Assembly (NCBI RefSeq): GCF_006345805.1
Contig: NC_043005.1
Location: 45,942,001-46,006,000 of the forward strand
From: Octopus sinensis
Taxonomy: Eukaryota
Direction of reading: 5' to 3'
DNA length: 64,000 nt
The position numbers and the translations under genes were made by a program. The first letter of the stretch is position 1. Each line of letters opens with the position of its first letter. Below, one piece after another: positions 22,612-35,571 of the stretch. Below the pieces are notes generated by a model. That model was not told where the DNA came from. It did not search any database and saw only the letters and a program-made list of their open reading frames with translations.

Positions 22612-22947
22612 AGCCAGGATCCCTGGTCTGGTGGTACGTAAAAAGCACTATCCGACTCGTGGCCGATGCCAGCACCGCCTCGACTGGCTTCCGTGCCGGT
22701 GGCACATAAAATACACCAATCTGACCGTGGCCGTTGCCAGCCCCGCCTGGCACCTGTGCAGGTGGCACGTAAAAAGCACCCACTACACTCACGGAGTGGT
22801 TGGCGTTAGGAAGGGCATCCAGCTGTAGAAACATTGCAATTAGACTGGAGCCTGGTGCAGCTTCTGGCTTCCCAGAACCCCGGTCGAACCGTCCAACCCA
22901 TGCTAGCATGGAGAACGGACGTTAAACGACGATGATGATGATGATGA
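22612..22947 (+). mobile_element. Young family D retroposon inserted in a SINE A head
   Basis: CpG-rich, (GAT)n tail; the SINE A head resumes at ~22948 (gtatggcaccttgtgcaagtgtc). Confidence 0.8.
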
Positions 22948-23154
22948 GTATGGCACCTTGTGCAAGTGTCTTCTACTACAGTTTCACACTGGCCTATGCC
23001 TTGTTCAGAGTGCATGTATTTGTCACTGTTTATAATTGCTTTACACTTCTTGGACAATGGTGATTTGTCTATGTCACAGACAAGAAAGAAGTTCAAGCGC
23101 TTATACTGAAGATATGTAATAAAGTACTTTACTGGACTATAAAGATAGGTGTCA

Positions 23155-23400
23155 CACTGTTGCTGGTGCCAGGCAAAAAGTACTGTTGCTGGTGCTATGC
23201 AAAAAGCACTAGTGCTGGTGCCATGCAAAAAGCACTAGTGCTGGTGCCATGCAAAAAGCACTATTGCTAGTTCCACATGAAAAGCACTATTGCTAGTTCC
23301 ATGTAAAAAGCACTGGTGCTGGTTCCACGCAAAAAGCACTGATGCCATGCAAAAAGCACTGGTGCTGGTGCCACATGGAAAACACTGTTGCTAGTTCCAA
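23155..23400. repeat. ~26-bp minisatellite, ~9 copies (gcactggtgctggtgccatgcaaaaa)
   Basis: Direct head-to-tail repeats with no spacers. Confidence 0.9.
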
Positions 23401-25759
23401 ATAAAAAATTTATTTGTTATGGCAAGCTAGAATGTTTCCACTCCATACTTTGTCTTTTAGATTCATCTCCTGTGACTATTCTGCTAAAAAACCCAGAACT
23501 AAACAGTTGCAAAGCAAACTTCATAATGACAAAGTGGAGCACCAGTGAGATTTGAACACAAAATCTAGAGTAATTCTTACTAACCATTAAGGATGGGGAC
23601 ACATCAGGTTTAATAAAAAATAAAGAAAAAGACAACTCACGATAAATATACTTTGTTATAAATTAAACATGGTATAATCATTAATATATAAATTCCCGTG
23701 CAAGATTTATGTGAAAGCAAAATAATCAATATTTAATTTTAATGAGCAAATAAAAAAAAAATCAAAGAGACTGGACAATTCTACAAGATATAGGTTGGGA
23801 AGTATTGATCTAGAAGGATGAACCTAATCACTATATTGCATTTAGTTCAGAACTGGAACGAATGGCTCATGAAATGGTAGCCTGATATCTGCCACTTAGC
23901 CATTTTGTCTTCATGGTCACTCAATACATATCTCATATTATTGATGACCATCACCATTATCATCCATTGTGCTGAAACCATTAAAAGTCATTGACATCTT
24001 GATTTACAATATCTGAGGTGAATGGCCTGCAAGGTTTATTATCCCCTAATCTGTACGAAAGACAAACACCATTTTTTTCAGCTGAAGGGGCTGGAGCAAA
24101 ATGAAATTAAGTGTCTAGTTCATAGTTACACTATACAACTCACTCCAGGAATTGGATTCAGTCCAACACCCAAACCTCTAAATCATGTGTCTTCACATAT
24201 TATTGATATATCAATATCTATAAAGCTGAAATGTATAAAAGTTGTTTGATTTCTTGGTTATTTGTCTCATTTTAGGATGGGAACGGTTTAAGGGGTGGTA
24301 GATGGGGTCAGATTGGCGCCAAAATTTACACTGGGGAGTAAAATGGGGTGAGCAATGGTGTGAGCAGGGTTGCAAGTTGCTTGGGGCTACCGTTTGGTTG
24401 CCATGGTGAGGAATATGGGAAAAATTGAGTTTTATGGGATAGACAGGTTGCGCTGTTTGAATAATGGTGGCTTTTCATGTTGCCGCAGAGGCTAGAGGCA
24501 GTTATCTTTAATTGTGGGTGTAAAAATTTGGGGGATTTTGGAAAGGGGGGTAAAGAAGAGGGCAATAAAAGGAACCAGACAAAGAAGATGAACAAAAGAA
24601 GAAAGGGAAAAGGAGACAACACCACCACCAAAACCCGAGCAAAGCACGGGTTAAAATAGCTAGTCTAATTAGTATCATTAAGTTTATATTATTTGTACAT
24701 CAGATTTTTCTACATTACCTTTTAATGGCACTGCATATAAACTACTAAACATAACCAGAAAAGATCAGTAGAATTTGATACAGCTTTCTAACTTTGCAAC
24801 CAAAGGAGCAGAGGGTATGTAGATAGGTGTGATTTGCTATTTACTAATTATTTTCACTTTAGCTACAGAACACTTAAGTGATGTTGAGAAACTAACCTTT
24901 ACATCATAAACATCATCCAATGAAGTGGAAAAGATAAAAATTCTTAGATTAAGCAGACATCAAAATCTAACCTAAATATCAGATTTTATTAATATGATAA
25001 ATAGCAGATGGAAGAGCTCTTAATAAACCCTTTCATTTCACATTTCTAGATATCATTCCACCAAGAAAAGATCTGAATCTTTATATTGCATCCCGTACGT
25101 CTGCGGCTGTGATGGGTCTTTCACAACACTCCGCCTCTCTTGCTGAGAGTCATGGCAGGCCATACAGGTAGGCACTAAAGTCTACTCTGTGTTCTGGCCC
25201 ACCAGTTGTCCCGAACTGTTGTTGAAAAGCCTCACACATCCTTTCAGGCTTGAGTAATTAACACCCCTGTTCATCTGTCAGGGACCTAATGGTGGCTCTG
25301 TTGCCTCATTGTGCCTCTGCCACTCAAGCCTCTCGGGCGGCTCCAACTCCTTCGTTCCTTAGAGTATGCATCCTAGCTCTGACAACGCATTGGACGCGAT
25401 GCCAGTTCTAAATAGCTTTTCTAATTTCTTAACTAGGTCTCCCTCTATTCTATTTCGGTCTAATGCTAGGGCCTTACTGTACCTAACCGATTTTGCTTTA
25501 ATTGCATTCTTTAGGGCATACCACCATCTGTTGTTGATGATGGCACCCGTCAACACTTTCTTAACTAATGTGCTAATCCGGTCCCTGTGAGCCATGAACG
25601 ACACATTCAGCTTCCAGTAACTCGGACCCTGCCTATGTTTTATTTAAGTGAACAAGTCACAAATTTGTGGTTTGTGTAGCTGGCTATATGGAATTGTGGA
25701 CAACCTACACTATCCTTATCCATTGTCCTACAGAATACTCTATCTAAATATGATCTAGA

Positions 25760-25930
25760 CATCGAAAGATGGACAGACATGTTGAAAGAAAGACAGACGT
25801 GTAGACAGATGTGTAGACAGACATGTAGACGGACATGAAGACAGATAGACGGATATGTAAATAGACATGTAGACAGACGGACTGACATTTAGACAGACAG
25901 ACGGACATGTAGATAGATAGAGAGACATGT
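25760..25930. repeat. Degenerate (GTAGACAGACAT)/(GACA)n repeat
   Basis: Direct inspection. Confidence 0.8.
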
Positions 25931-26428
25931 TGATATGTTTCTTTATTGGCCACACATGGCTGAACACAGGGGACAAAATACAAAGTAGTGCTTTTCTTTT
26001 ATCACACATGTCCTCCTCCTTTTCTTCTTCCCCCCCCCCCGCTAACTTCCAGCTGTCATTTGTCTCCTTTCCTCGATGCTGGTGCTCGTCTTCATCTGTA
26101 GTGCCATATCGTTTTCCTCCACAGGCTGTGGAGCACCTACCACTTTCTCACTCTCCTTAGCCATTTCTAGTGGTGGAGGCCACATTTATAACACTGCGGA
26201 ATCCTTCCCTCCACTCTAACTTTCAAAGTTGTTTCTCCAACTGAGATGCTCTATACCATCTTTTCCAAGTCCTGCTCCGCAACCTGTACCACCATTTGAA
26301 GTTCCTATGGGGCATTCTGGTGGCCTGCAAGACCACCACCTTCTCCTCCATGCCCAGCATTAAGGCAGTCACCAGCCAGGCCACACTCGCTTCTGGGGGT
26401 ATGTCTCCCAAGGTATATGGGTAGAAGC

Positions 26429-26655
26429 GGTGAGCTGGCAGACACGTTAGCGCGCCGAGCGAAATGCGTAGCCGTATTTCGTCTGTCGTTACGTTCGGAG
26501 TTCGAATTCCGCCGAGGTCGACTTTGCCTTTCATCCTTTCGGGGTCGATAAATTAAGTACCAGTTACGCATTGGGGTCGATATAATCGACTTAATCCGTC
26601 TGTCTGTCCTTGTTTGTCCTCTCTGTATTTAGCCCCTTGTGGGTAATAAAGAAAT
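26429..26655 (+). mobile_element. Young SINE family B
   Basis: 18-bp TSD aggtatatgggtagaagc at 26411-26428 and 26656-26673; nearly identical to 10066-10298. Confidence 0.9.
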
Positions 26656-26984
26656 AGGTATATGGGTAGAAGCACCTCTTCGTCCATTTTCAATGGTGTG
26701 GCTGAGTGCAGTCGTTAACTCCCTAAAATGCACCTCCATTCCGTACTTTCGTCCCCTGGCAAGGTATGATATCTCCTGCCAGAATGGCCTTAATGCCTTT
26801 CCCACTTGTGCCTCTGACACCACTTCTATTTTCCTTGTTGTCACAGCATATGTTCTGTAAACAACTGTCCTTTCAGCCTAGTTTTCCTCACAGTATATAC
26901 CAAAACGTGCATGTGTGTGTGTGTGTTAACACTATCAAAAGTGCATCGAATTTCGTTCCTCTATGGTAAAATATAATTTATCCA

Positions 26985-28168
26985 GGCATACATACACACG
27001 TGTTCTCCACCCCAACATCGTTTCTTCATAATTTTTTTATTAAAAATAACTATTTTCTAATGAAATTTTCTACAAATTCTTATAACAATTGGATTCGCCC
27101 CCACGTTTGACTACATGGAAATCACAAGTTGATCATGTGTGTAAACAATTTCCGTCCTGTTAACGACTTTTCTTAACATAATAGTCTGGCAGCATGACTA
27201 AGACTTTCTGTGAACGGAGTCTACAAATACAGCAAATTTGAGCGCGAAATGGATAAGGTGGAAATCGCAGTGGAGATCAGGATGAAGAGTGAACCGCGCT
27301 AGTCATAAATGGAAAGTGAAAATAAAATAGATTTTGAAATTGAAATAAAATGTTCAAAAGTAAACCATTCCGAAAGATGTTTTACAATGATCTGAAAACA
27401 TTCATCTCCGTTTTTCCTATATTTTTCCTTCCAAAGAAACTCATCTAGATAGGATTCAATCATATTTGTTTGTATTTCCATCACACTCTTCATTCTGCGT
27501 TTATATAATTCAACACTTTCTTCTCCTTCAGAAATAAATGTGCAGCATCAAAACTCAATTGTATGGCAAAATATAAAACATTTTAGATAACAATAAATCG
27601 AATGATGCTGAAGTGAACAGCATGTTATTTCAATTTCAAAATTGTTTTATTTTCACTTTCTTAATGACTAGCGTGTGTCTACTCTTCTTCATGAGTACCG
27701 AGATCCCTATCGACCCTATTCTCGGCATGTTAGCTGAAGAAGCACCACGGCAACAAGAAAATGCAATGATGTGTAAAACTTAGTCTAAATATTGAATTTT
27801 TGACGAAGATCTCCGGCACTTGTAATGTTTCATATGAAATTTACATGAACACTTTCTGTATTAATACAGCAATACATGATTGCCCATGCTACATATATTT
27901 CAGATGGTTTAGATTACGGAATATAATGTAAAAAGAAATCGGTGGGCACACACATATACTGACATACATCGCAATTTTTTTTTTTTAATTCAAGTTTCAT
28001 TATGTAGATGTATGTGATACGTCCACCAATATTTTTTCACTTTAAATTCAGAAATAATCCATACCACCTACAAAGTATTTACAGAAAACTTCATTGTAAA
28101 ATAACTATTTTTTCTGAAAGTTATACGTAAACAAAAGCCGGTGGAAGGCACACTCGTGTAGATATGCC
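26985..28168. mobile_element. Merlin (IS1595-like) derived element with long degenerate inverted repeats
   Basis: Ends ggcatacatacacacgtg / cactcgtgtagatatgcc; inner inverted blocks ~27295-27350 and ~27620-27670. The minus-strand 27299-27493 reads IESYLDEFLWKEKY..GDECFQII, like the Merlin transposase C-terminus. Confidence 0.6.
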
Positions 28169-29559
28169 CTTAGTCCATTCGATAAATAACAAGGTTGTTG
28201 CGATCGATTAAAAACGCGTCAAAGTGGTGCGACACAGTCCGATTACCGAAGCCATTAAAATACTGTATTCATGAAACTTACAATGCAAACCCATAAATAT
28301 AAATAAATAAAAAGAGAATAGAAAAGACGAAAACACATAGAAAGAAAATATGGAATATTATCTCAAGAGCAAGCAAGCTGTCAATGAGATGTATTAGATA
28401 TGTATATGCATTTATTTGTTCTGTTATAGCCATGAATCTTGGAATTATTTGCAATAAGCATATGTAGTCAAGAATAGAGACGAGCCAGAAATGTATGCCT
28501 GGCATATATTACACAATCGCAAAAAAAGGGAAAAAAAGAACGAAAAGAAAGACACTGAGTTTAAATTACAGAAATTCGGCTCAGCAAATATAATTACTAG
28601 AATATTTGAGACTCTATTCGTGGAATACAATTCGATTGATTTAGTTACATTAATCCATGCAAGAGTGAAATATATTCGAAAGAAGCCTTCGGCCATATTT
28701 ACGTTCGTTTCATAAGTGAATCAATGAAATTGAATTTTATTTTCTCTTTTGAAATAGTGAACTGAAATGACTTATTGTCAAAATTGGTGACTTGAGAAGG
28801 TTGAAAACCCATTATAATGAAAATGATATGAATAGCTTAAAAAAGAAATTATTAACATTTCTTATTTTAAATATAGATTTGCTGTTGACGATTGTCAAAT
28901 ATCTAATATATTCAGGTCTCAAAAAATATTTGGTTAAGTCATCTAATTTTAACTTCAGTTAGCAGACGTTTCCTTTTTTCTTCTGACAACAGATATTAAA
29001 AAATGTCAGATAGACTAATGGAGTGAGAGTAAATTATTATTCAAACTAAAATATGCAAAAGAGTACGAGGAAACTGGTTATTGCGTAGCCCAGATTAAGA
29101 TCTGAGCAGGCCTGGAACTCAAGTAAGTGTTGTAGAGGAATACATTCTAGCAATGACCATCCCGTTTTTTTTATTTATTTTAAGAGAACTAAGGACTACA
29201 TTAACAAATATATCGGATCTTTTCTATGGAGGTTAAGGAGTAAATTAAAGGAAATTTAACTGCTATTTCTGGCATTTAGTGCGACCATATATAGCCGGTC
29301 CCGTGTTAACGGATAGAGGTCGTCTGCGCGGGAAAAATTGTATAATGAAATTAAGTCTTTCATTCGTAAAGAGTTTTCGCGAAATGTCATAAATTGCACC
29401 ATACCAGAATACGAACTTATAAAATCAGAACTTCACCAACACTCCTTATATGTGTGTAGATAGATATTAAATAATGCAGTTCGGCGTGTATAAGGCCTGA
29501 AAAACGAAGGGTAGACAGAAAGAAATGGGATGGTTATGGCGGAAAAGTCAACACAAAAG

Positions 29560-29900
29560 CGCGACGGGCCACGATCGTGGCCCAGATAGATGCATTTCAT
29601 TTATGGGCATTTGTTGGGGTCTAATGTCACTCAAATGCTCCGATACCCCCCAGAATGTAAGAGGACTAATAGTTCAACTAATGACTTTTCAGATGATGTA
29701 AAACTTGCCACCATTATAAACTAAGATATTTTAACTATTTCTTGTTCTTTATGTTTCATAAAACGTGCCCAGCAATCCATGCTATGTAAGTGAAAATCTC
29801 AGCGCTTTATGGGTTAATCAAAGATTTTCTTGGCGAAGGATGTCCTGGACATAAACAAAAACTATTTCGAGTAAACGAAGTAACTTCTATGTGGGTACTC
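29560..29900 (+). pseudogene. Possible highly degenerate LINE RT fragment
   Basis: DFSDDVKL resembles xFADD.K; little else is recognisable. Confidence 0.3.
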
Positions 29901-30548
29901 GATATGCTAGAAAGAGAAGCTAAATGTCCCTCGTACTAAATTCTGTCATCTTGAAAAAAAAGTAAAGATATTACATAATGTAGCCCGGTACTTCTTCGTC
30001 TTTTCCCTCTCCAATAGGATTAGAGAGCGAGCAAAGATGAATCAGTACTTGGCAGATATCCTCTCTAAAATAATAATTTAAAAATGTGGGATAGTCACGG
30101 TTAGATCGCTTTTGACAGGTTTACTTGACAGGAAGCTATATTGGTACATTACAGTTGTAAGCGAAAAACACTTTCCTTATGAATTAACAGCTAAGACATT
30201 AATTACTATAAATGATGTAAATATAATTTAAATTTCGCTCTTTTTCATACACATATATTATATGAAATGAATTTGTTAGATTCTATTTTTGTTGTTAAAA
30301 TTAATTACAAACCAAATGTTGCTAGTCAACCAGGTTTTCTGTCATTCATGGCTTAGTTGTAGATTTTCTTTAAAGAAAACTGTCGTTTAAGTGTAAAGCT
30401 AAAAAAAGCATGGGGAAAATACCAGAAAATTAAAGAATTCAATAAAATAGTGTTCCTTGTTTTTTGTTTATTTTTAATCTTCAGTCTGATACGAACTAAT
30501 TACAACACAGCGGATCATTTTTCTGAGTTAATGAATGAAATGACTCAC

Positions 30549-30596
30549 CTATGCAGTTGAACACCAGCTGAAAGAGGAGCAAATGTATTGAGCCAG
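30549..30596 (-). other. Candidate exon (48 nt; alternative 19 nt)
   Basis: Minus strand: tttacctgtttctgcttctgttgtag|CTGGCTC...GCATAG|gtgagt. Perfect donor, pyrimidine-rich acceptor, unique sequence. Product not recognised. Confidence 0.35.
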
Positions 30597-31329
30597 CTAC
30601 AACAGAAGCAGAAACAGGTAAAGCCTGGAAGAGGCTCAGACACTATTTCACTTCTTGACTTCTGGAACTTCCAGAACTCAATCGTAACAGAAGAATACTT
30701 CCGCGAAAGATAGGATATAGATCTCAAGTTTCGAGGTAAAAATGTAAGAATATTGTCCCAGTTTAGTGGAATCCGAGCGACAATTTCTAGTTTAACTGGA
30801 GAACTTGTCTTTTTTTTTTTTTTCAAACTAAAACTATCTGGTCCTTCTCGGGTCTTCTTCAATTTTGTTATTGATACTATGAGTTGTTTTAAACATTTAC
30901 GCTTCCGTCACACACAAATATCACTTAACGCGCCATGCAACATCCTGCCTGCCCCCACCCCCAGTCGATATTCATCCGTTCCCCATTCACATTTCTCACA
31001 ATCCGTGCTCATCTCTAAATAAACCTTTTTATTCCTCTGCGCCTCCTCCATACAATTCTTTACTTCTCACTTAGAAAAGAAAGAAAGAAGGAAATCAGTT
31101 ACTATCGTCGTGATCAAGAAACCACAATTATACAAAAATAAAACACAATCCACGCAGCTAATCTATCTTTTAAAAAAACTTGTAAAACACCATGTATAAA
31201 TAATACTTTCATAAAAAAAAAATCAAGGTTAAAATTAAAGCTGTCTATAATACAATATATGAAAGCGCGTTGTCTAGTGGTTAGGGTGTTGGTCACAAGA
31301 TTGTGGCTTCGGTTCCGGACCGGGCAGTG

Positions 31330-31560
31330 TGTTGTGTTCTTTTATTTGCTTCAGTCTTTAGACTGCTGTCATGCTGGGACACCGCCTTGAAGAATTTTAG
31401 TCGAACGAATCCACCCCAGTACTTATTATTTGTAAAATCTGGTATTTATCCTATCGGTCTCTCTTGCTTAACTCTTAAGCTGTGGGGATGAAAACAGACC
31501 AACAGCGGTGCTAAGGAACACGCACACACATATATACATACAAACACATACACGATGATA
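31330..31560 (-). mobile_element. SINE family A 3' part, CpGs retained
   Basis: Reverse match to the family A body. Confidence 0.75.
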
Positions 31561-32029
31561 TATATATGTATAGATTAAAAATGGTTTTTAAAACAATTTA
31601 GTAAAAAAAAAAATCGAGAGGGGAGCGTATTTATAGATGGACGTTTACGGTAGACGTTTTGTATACACTTATTCTGTGCAGTAGTAAATTTTCAATTTCA
31701 TTTTTTAATTTTTACATTGGTGCAACGCCAAGGAGACGTGGGGAGTGTATTGATTATATGGGTCCTGATATTCGACTGGAATGCTTATTCTATTGTATCT
31801 GAAAAGAACAAGCATAACTTATGGAAACAAGATTTGAACTCCGAATCTAAAGGTATATAATCTCTTTCTGACGTCACACACTTTTTAATCGGTAGCAGTC
31901 GATAAGTGTCATTCACGAACTCTCGGCCCTCAAGCCACTTTGTAACTTCGGCCGAATAGAAACAATAGAGTGTGTGTGTGTATGAATGGATCGATAGATA
32001 GACAGATAGATTGATTTCAGCCAAAAGCT

Positions 32030-32450
32030 GTGATCATGGCGGCGCATTGCCGTTGGCGTTAATGCCTGTTTATTTTAGACTCATTTCCCAGTTCCGTCGC
32101 CAGAAATGGACCTCGTTCAGTAGTGAATAGGACAAAGCTGTCCTTTGTGTTTCCTGCCGCCATATAGGTTCATCTGGTGTTTCAGATGAAAATTTGTCTA
32201 AATGTTCTTTGACACACATCCACATCTATTTCTCGTAGATCTCTGAGGCCTTTTGGCAAGGTGTTAAAAAGTTGTGGACCTTTGAATTTCAAGCTGTTAC
32301 CGTACTAGATTCTTACACTGGATAGAGAGGGCGGGATCTTTGGTACTATACAATGGGGTCTAGTTCGGTGACTGATATAACTTTCAATCCCAATGTTGGG
32401 TGCTAGACTTTCCACAGATCTTCCATATACATGTTCTTTCACACAGGGCC
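32030..32450 (-). pseudogene. CR1/jockey-group LINE 3' fragment
   Basis: LAPNIGIESYISHRT..CIVPKIP..YGNSLKFKGPQLFNTLPKGLRDL..PDEP. Confidence 0.75.
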
Positions 32451-33899
32451 TGCTCAAGGTACCGACAACTCGAACAGTCGCCCGCCACGCCATGTGCTAG
32501 CGGGTGCCAAGGAGGGCGTGACAAAGACAAGAAAATTTCCACGACCGTCAGCTTGTACACACCAGGGGCGCCAGCAACCCGAGGACCGGCCCTCACTGCG
32601 CGCACACACACTACTGAGGTCGATATATTCGACTAAACCTGTACCCCAGCACGGCAGTAGTCCAGCAACCGAGGATTTATAGAACTTGGCACTTGACGAG
32701 AGGGAAGATCCAGTCGAGTAAGACGAGATTTAAATTCAGAACACAGACGGGTGAGTTTGCCGCTCGACTGTAGACCACCACTTCACAAGTCAACCTTACA
32801 AAGGAGCCTCTACGTAGTCGTTCGACCGGCTAAAAATACCAGCTAAGTCTCAGACAGACATTAAATGGGGCTAAACAACAACCAGAACCAATCTACTGCA
32901 AACCAAAGACAGAGAGTCGCCTTTGAGGAGTCATCCGCTCTCCTAGAAATAGCAGCTAAATCGCCTTCAAATCATACCCCTCCTGCCACGTAGGACAACG
33001 TTAGACCCTCATATATAAAAAAGGTGAGGTGGTCAAGGCTAGCGCCTCTTTGAACTTTGGTGAGAAATTAAGAAAGCTTAAATAACTAGAACGAATCTGC
33101 TACGAACCAAAGACAGAGAGCTTTTAAAGAGTCATTCGATTAGCTAGAAAAGGCAGTTAAATCTCTTTGAAATCACTGTCGCCCATTTACAAAAAGATAA
33201 CACATTGGATAATGTGATCTAAGATATACACTGTCTTAATAAAGAAGTGGAGTTTTCTAGACGGAAATGAGGTGAAGAGGACACAAGCTGATTGAATGGT
33301 TTAGGCGAGAACTGCCTGACCAGAAACTGATATAGGATTAAGCAGCACCAATAACGACATCACATCTGTATCTCCATTGCCGAAACAATGATGACGATTT
33401 CTTCTTTAATTTGCAAAATAAAGAAATGATCATACCATTTACCAGTATACGCACAAAGGACAGAATCAGATGATTAGATATAAGTACAGGCAGACTTGCA
33501 TGTTTGCACTTGAACTGACGCGAAATTTGGAATTATATACATAAATGCTTGTTCAAACTACGGCATAATAAATGGAAATGTTAACCAATATCATTCAGAC
33601 CTTGTCATGATAGATGATCAGTGTTGAGGAAATACTAAACTGAATAATAGTTTGTATTGATTGACGGTTTATATATGCAATATATATATATATATATATA
33701 TATACATGAGCAAAACGCCCCCCCCCCGGTCAATGGACGGTGCTGAGTTGTCAAACATTTAAACCAAATTTTCTCGAAACAACTTGTCCGACCGTCCCAT
33801 AGGTCTCCCCCTTTGAGAAACACTGATTTAACCTAAATTTGAGACACCAGCAAAAGAAGAAATAAAGATAGACTTTTTTTCTATTCCAAAGAAAAACGA

Positions 33900-34156
33900 T
33901 TTTATTCACACAAATATGCAACCGAAGAGTTTAAAGTACCAGTAAGTCCATCGCAACAGCTGATGTACTTGCGCGTACAAATGCACGTTCCGCAGCTTTA
34001 TCGATCGCATTCTCACCTGGAATCGATTTTTGTAATTTTTCCAAGATTTATACACGCCATGATACCGTTGGAATCTGCATAACAAATTTGAGCGCAATCG
34101 GATGGAGGATGTCCGAGATCCTAGAAGACACACACACAGACAGACAGAATGGATTT

Positions 34157-34165
<9 letters not shown>
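33900..34165 (-). mobile_element. Probable Helitron 5' fragment beside (AT)n
   Basis: Minus strand tataatataaaatccattctgtctgtctgtgtgtgtgtc..atctcggacatcctccatccgattgcgctcaaatttg, the typical Helitron 5' pattern. No 3' CTAG hairpin found. Confidence 0.5.
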
Positions 34166-34211
<46 letters not shown>

Positions 34212-34806
34212 ACTAATTTGTCAAAGAATCATTGATTAATTAGAGTCATTCGAAGTGGTTCAGATGTATTGCCGAAATTTCAACAACTGGTAAACGTTAT
34301 TTATAGGCATTTACTGATATCTATACAATTTAAACCACAGAAAATTAAGTATTAAATAATTTTCTGTGGTTTGAATTATTAAAATCATACAAGCTAAAAA
34401 TATATTCTGTAAAAGTCCATTTGTAATTACATATTCTGTAAAAGCTTCCATCAATAATCTAGACTCATTTCGCAGCTCTTTCTCTAGAATCGGTCCTTGT
34501 GAAGTATTGAGTTGGACAAAATCACTTTAAAAACCAATAACGGTTTCAATTTTTTCTTTTTGATATAAGGCCAGCAGTGTTATGGAGAGGGGCTAAGTCG
34601 ATTATATCGACCCCAGTTCTCAACTAATACTTATTTTATTGACAAAATGCAATGACAAAGTCAAAGTTGACCTCGGTGACATTTGAACTCAGAACGTAGA
34701 GCCGGAAGAAATGTCACTGTTCCTGACATGCAACGATTCTGCCAGCTTGACAGCTCTTAAAAATAAAAATAAACTATAATACGATTACTAAAATGTATAA
34801 TAGTTA

Positions 34807-35055
34807 GTGGAGGCCAGTGGTTAGGGCAGCGGACTCGCGGTCAGAGGATCGCGGTTTCGATTCCCAGACCGGGCGTTGAGTGTGTTTATTGAACGAAAAC
34901 ACCTAAAGCTCCACAAGGCTCCGGGGGCGGTGGCGACCCCTGCTGTAATCTTTCGCCCCAACTTTCTCTCTTTCTTCTTGTTTCTTGAGTAACGCTGCGA
35001 TGGACTAGGCCACAGAAACCGGGCCCATGAGCCTGGCTAGGCTTGAAAAGGGTGC
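34807..35055 (+). mobile_element. SINE family C (tRNA-like head)
   Basis: ggccagtggttagggcagcggactcgcggtc..gatcgcggtttcgattccc carries A/B boxes. Other copies: ~39070-39262 (-), 46659-46955 (+). Confidence 0.85.
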
Positions 35056-35571
35056 AAAAATAAAATAATAGTGTTACACAATTATTACAAAGCAGATATA
35101 TTATCCAATATCTCATCATATAAAATATGGCATTATAAAACGATTTTTTAAAAGAACCTTTATTACATAATAATTTTTAAAAAAATAAAATCGGGTGACG
35201 AAAAACGTTAAAAACCTGATGCCTAACAACCTAATTTTAATCTCGATTTCGATGAGAAAAACGTACTTTGAGGGCGTAAGAAAGCTTTTTCTGTTTATGA
35301 CAAGACAAAATTATGTGACTACCCGAAATGTATTCCAAAAGTAAAGAGGCAGTGTTCTTTGTAAAATATCATTCTTTTTCCGGGAGTTGAACCGCATCAA
35401 GTGACTCCCTTTGGCTAGTAATGCTTGCTAAACTGTCGTTATTGCTATTTTCATACATATATATATAGTTAATCCAAACACAAAAAAAAAAACAAAAACA
35501 AAAAAACACAGCAACGCGAGGACGTGGAACAAATAAAGTATTATTGGACGGTCAGGAAGGGAAGAAGGAGG

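Larger units (their letters stand above)
25100..26850 (-). pseudogene. Degenerate L1/Tx1-clade LINE (ORF1 and ORF2 fragments) interrupted by a SINE B and a GACA-type repeat
   Basis: ORF2-like WWYALKNAIKAKSVRYSK (25359-25604); ORF1-like GDIPPEASVAWLVTAL and a degenerate knuckle RCSTACGGKR (26100-26420), continuing at 26674-26844. Confidence 0.6.

Noticed and set aside
23155-23400. CRISPR-like array
   Set aside because: The units are contiguous with no unique spacers, there are no cas genes, and the context is eukaryotic.
34807-34875. tRNA genes (also at ~39190-39262, 46659-46735, 48636-48700, 53590-53667)
   Set aside because: These are A/B-box heads without a proper acceptor stem or cloverleaf, and they run into SINE bodies.
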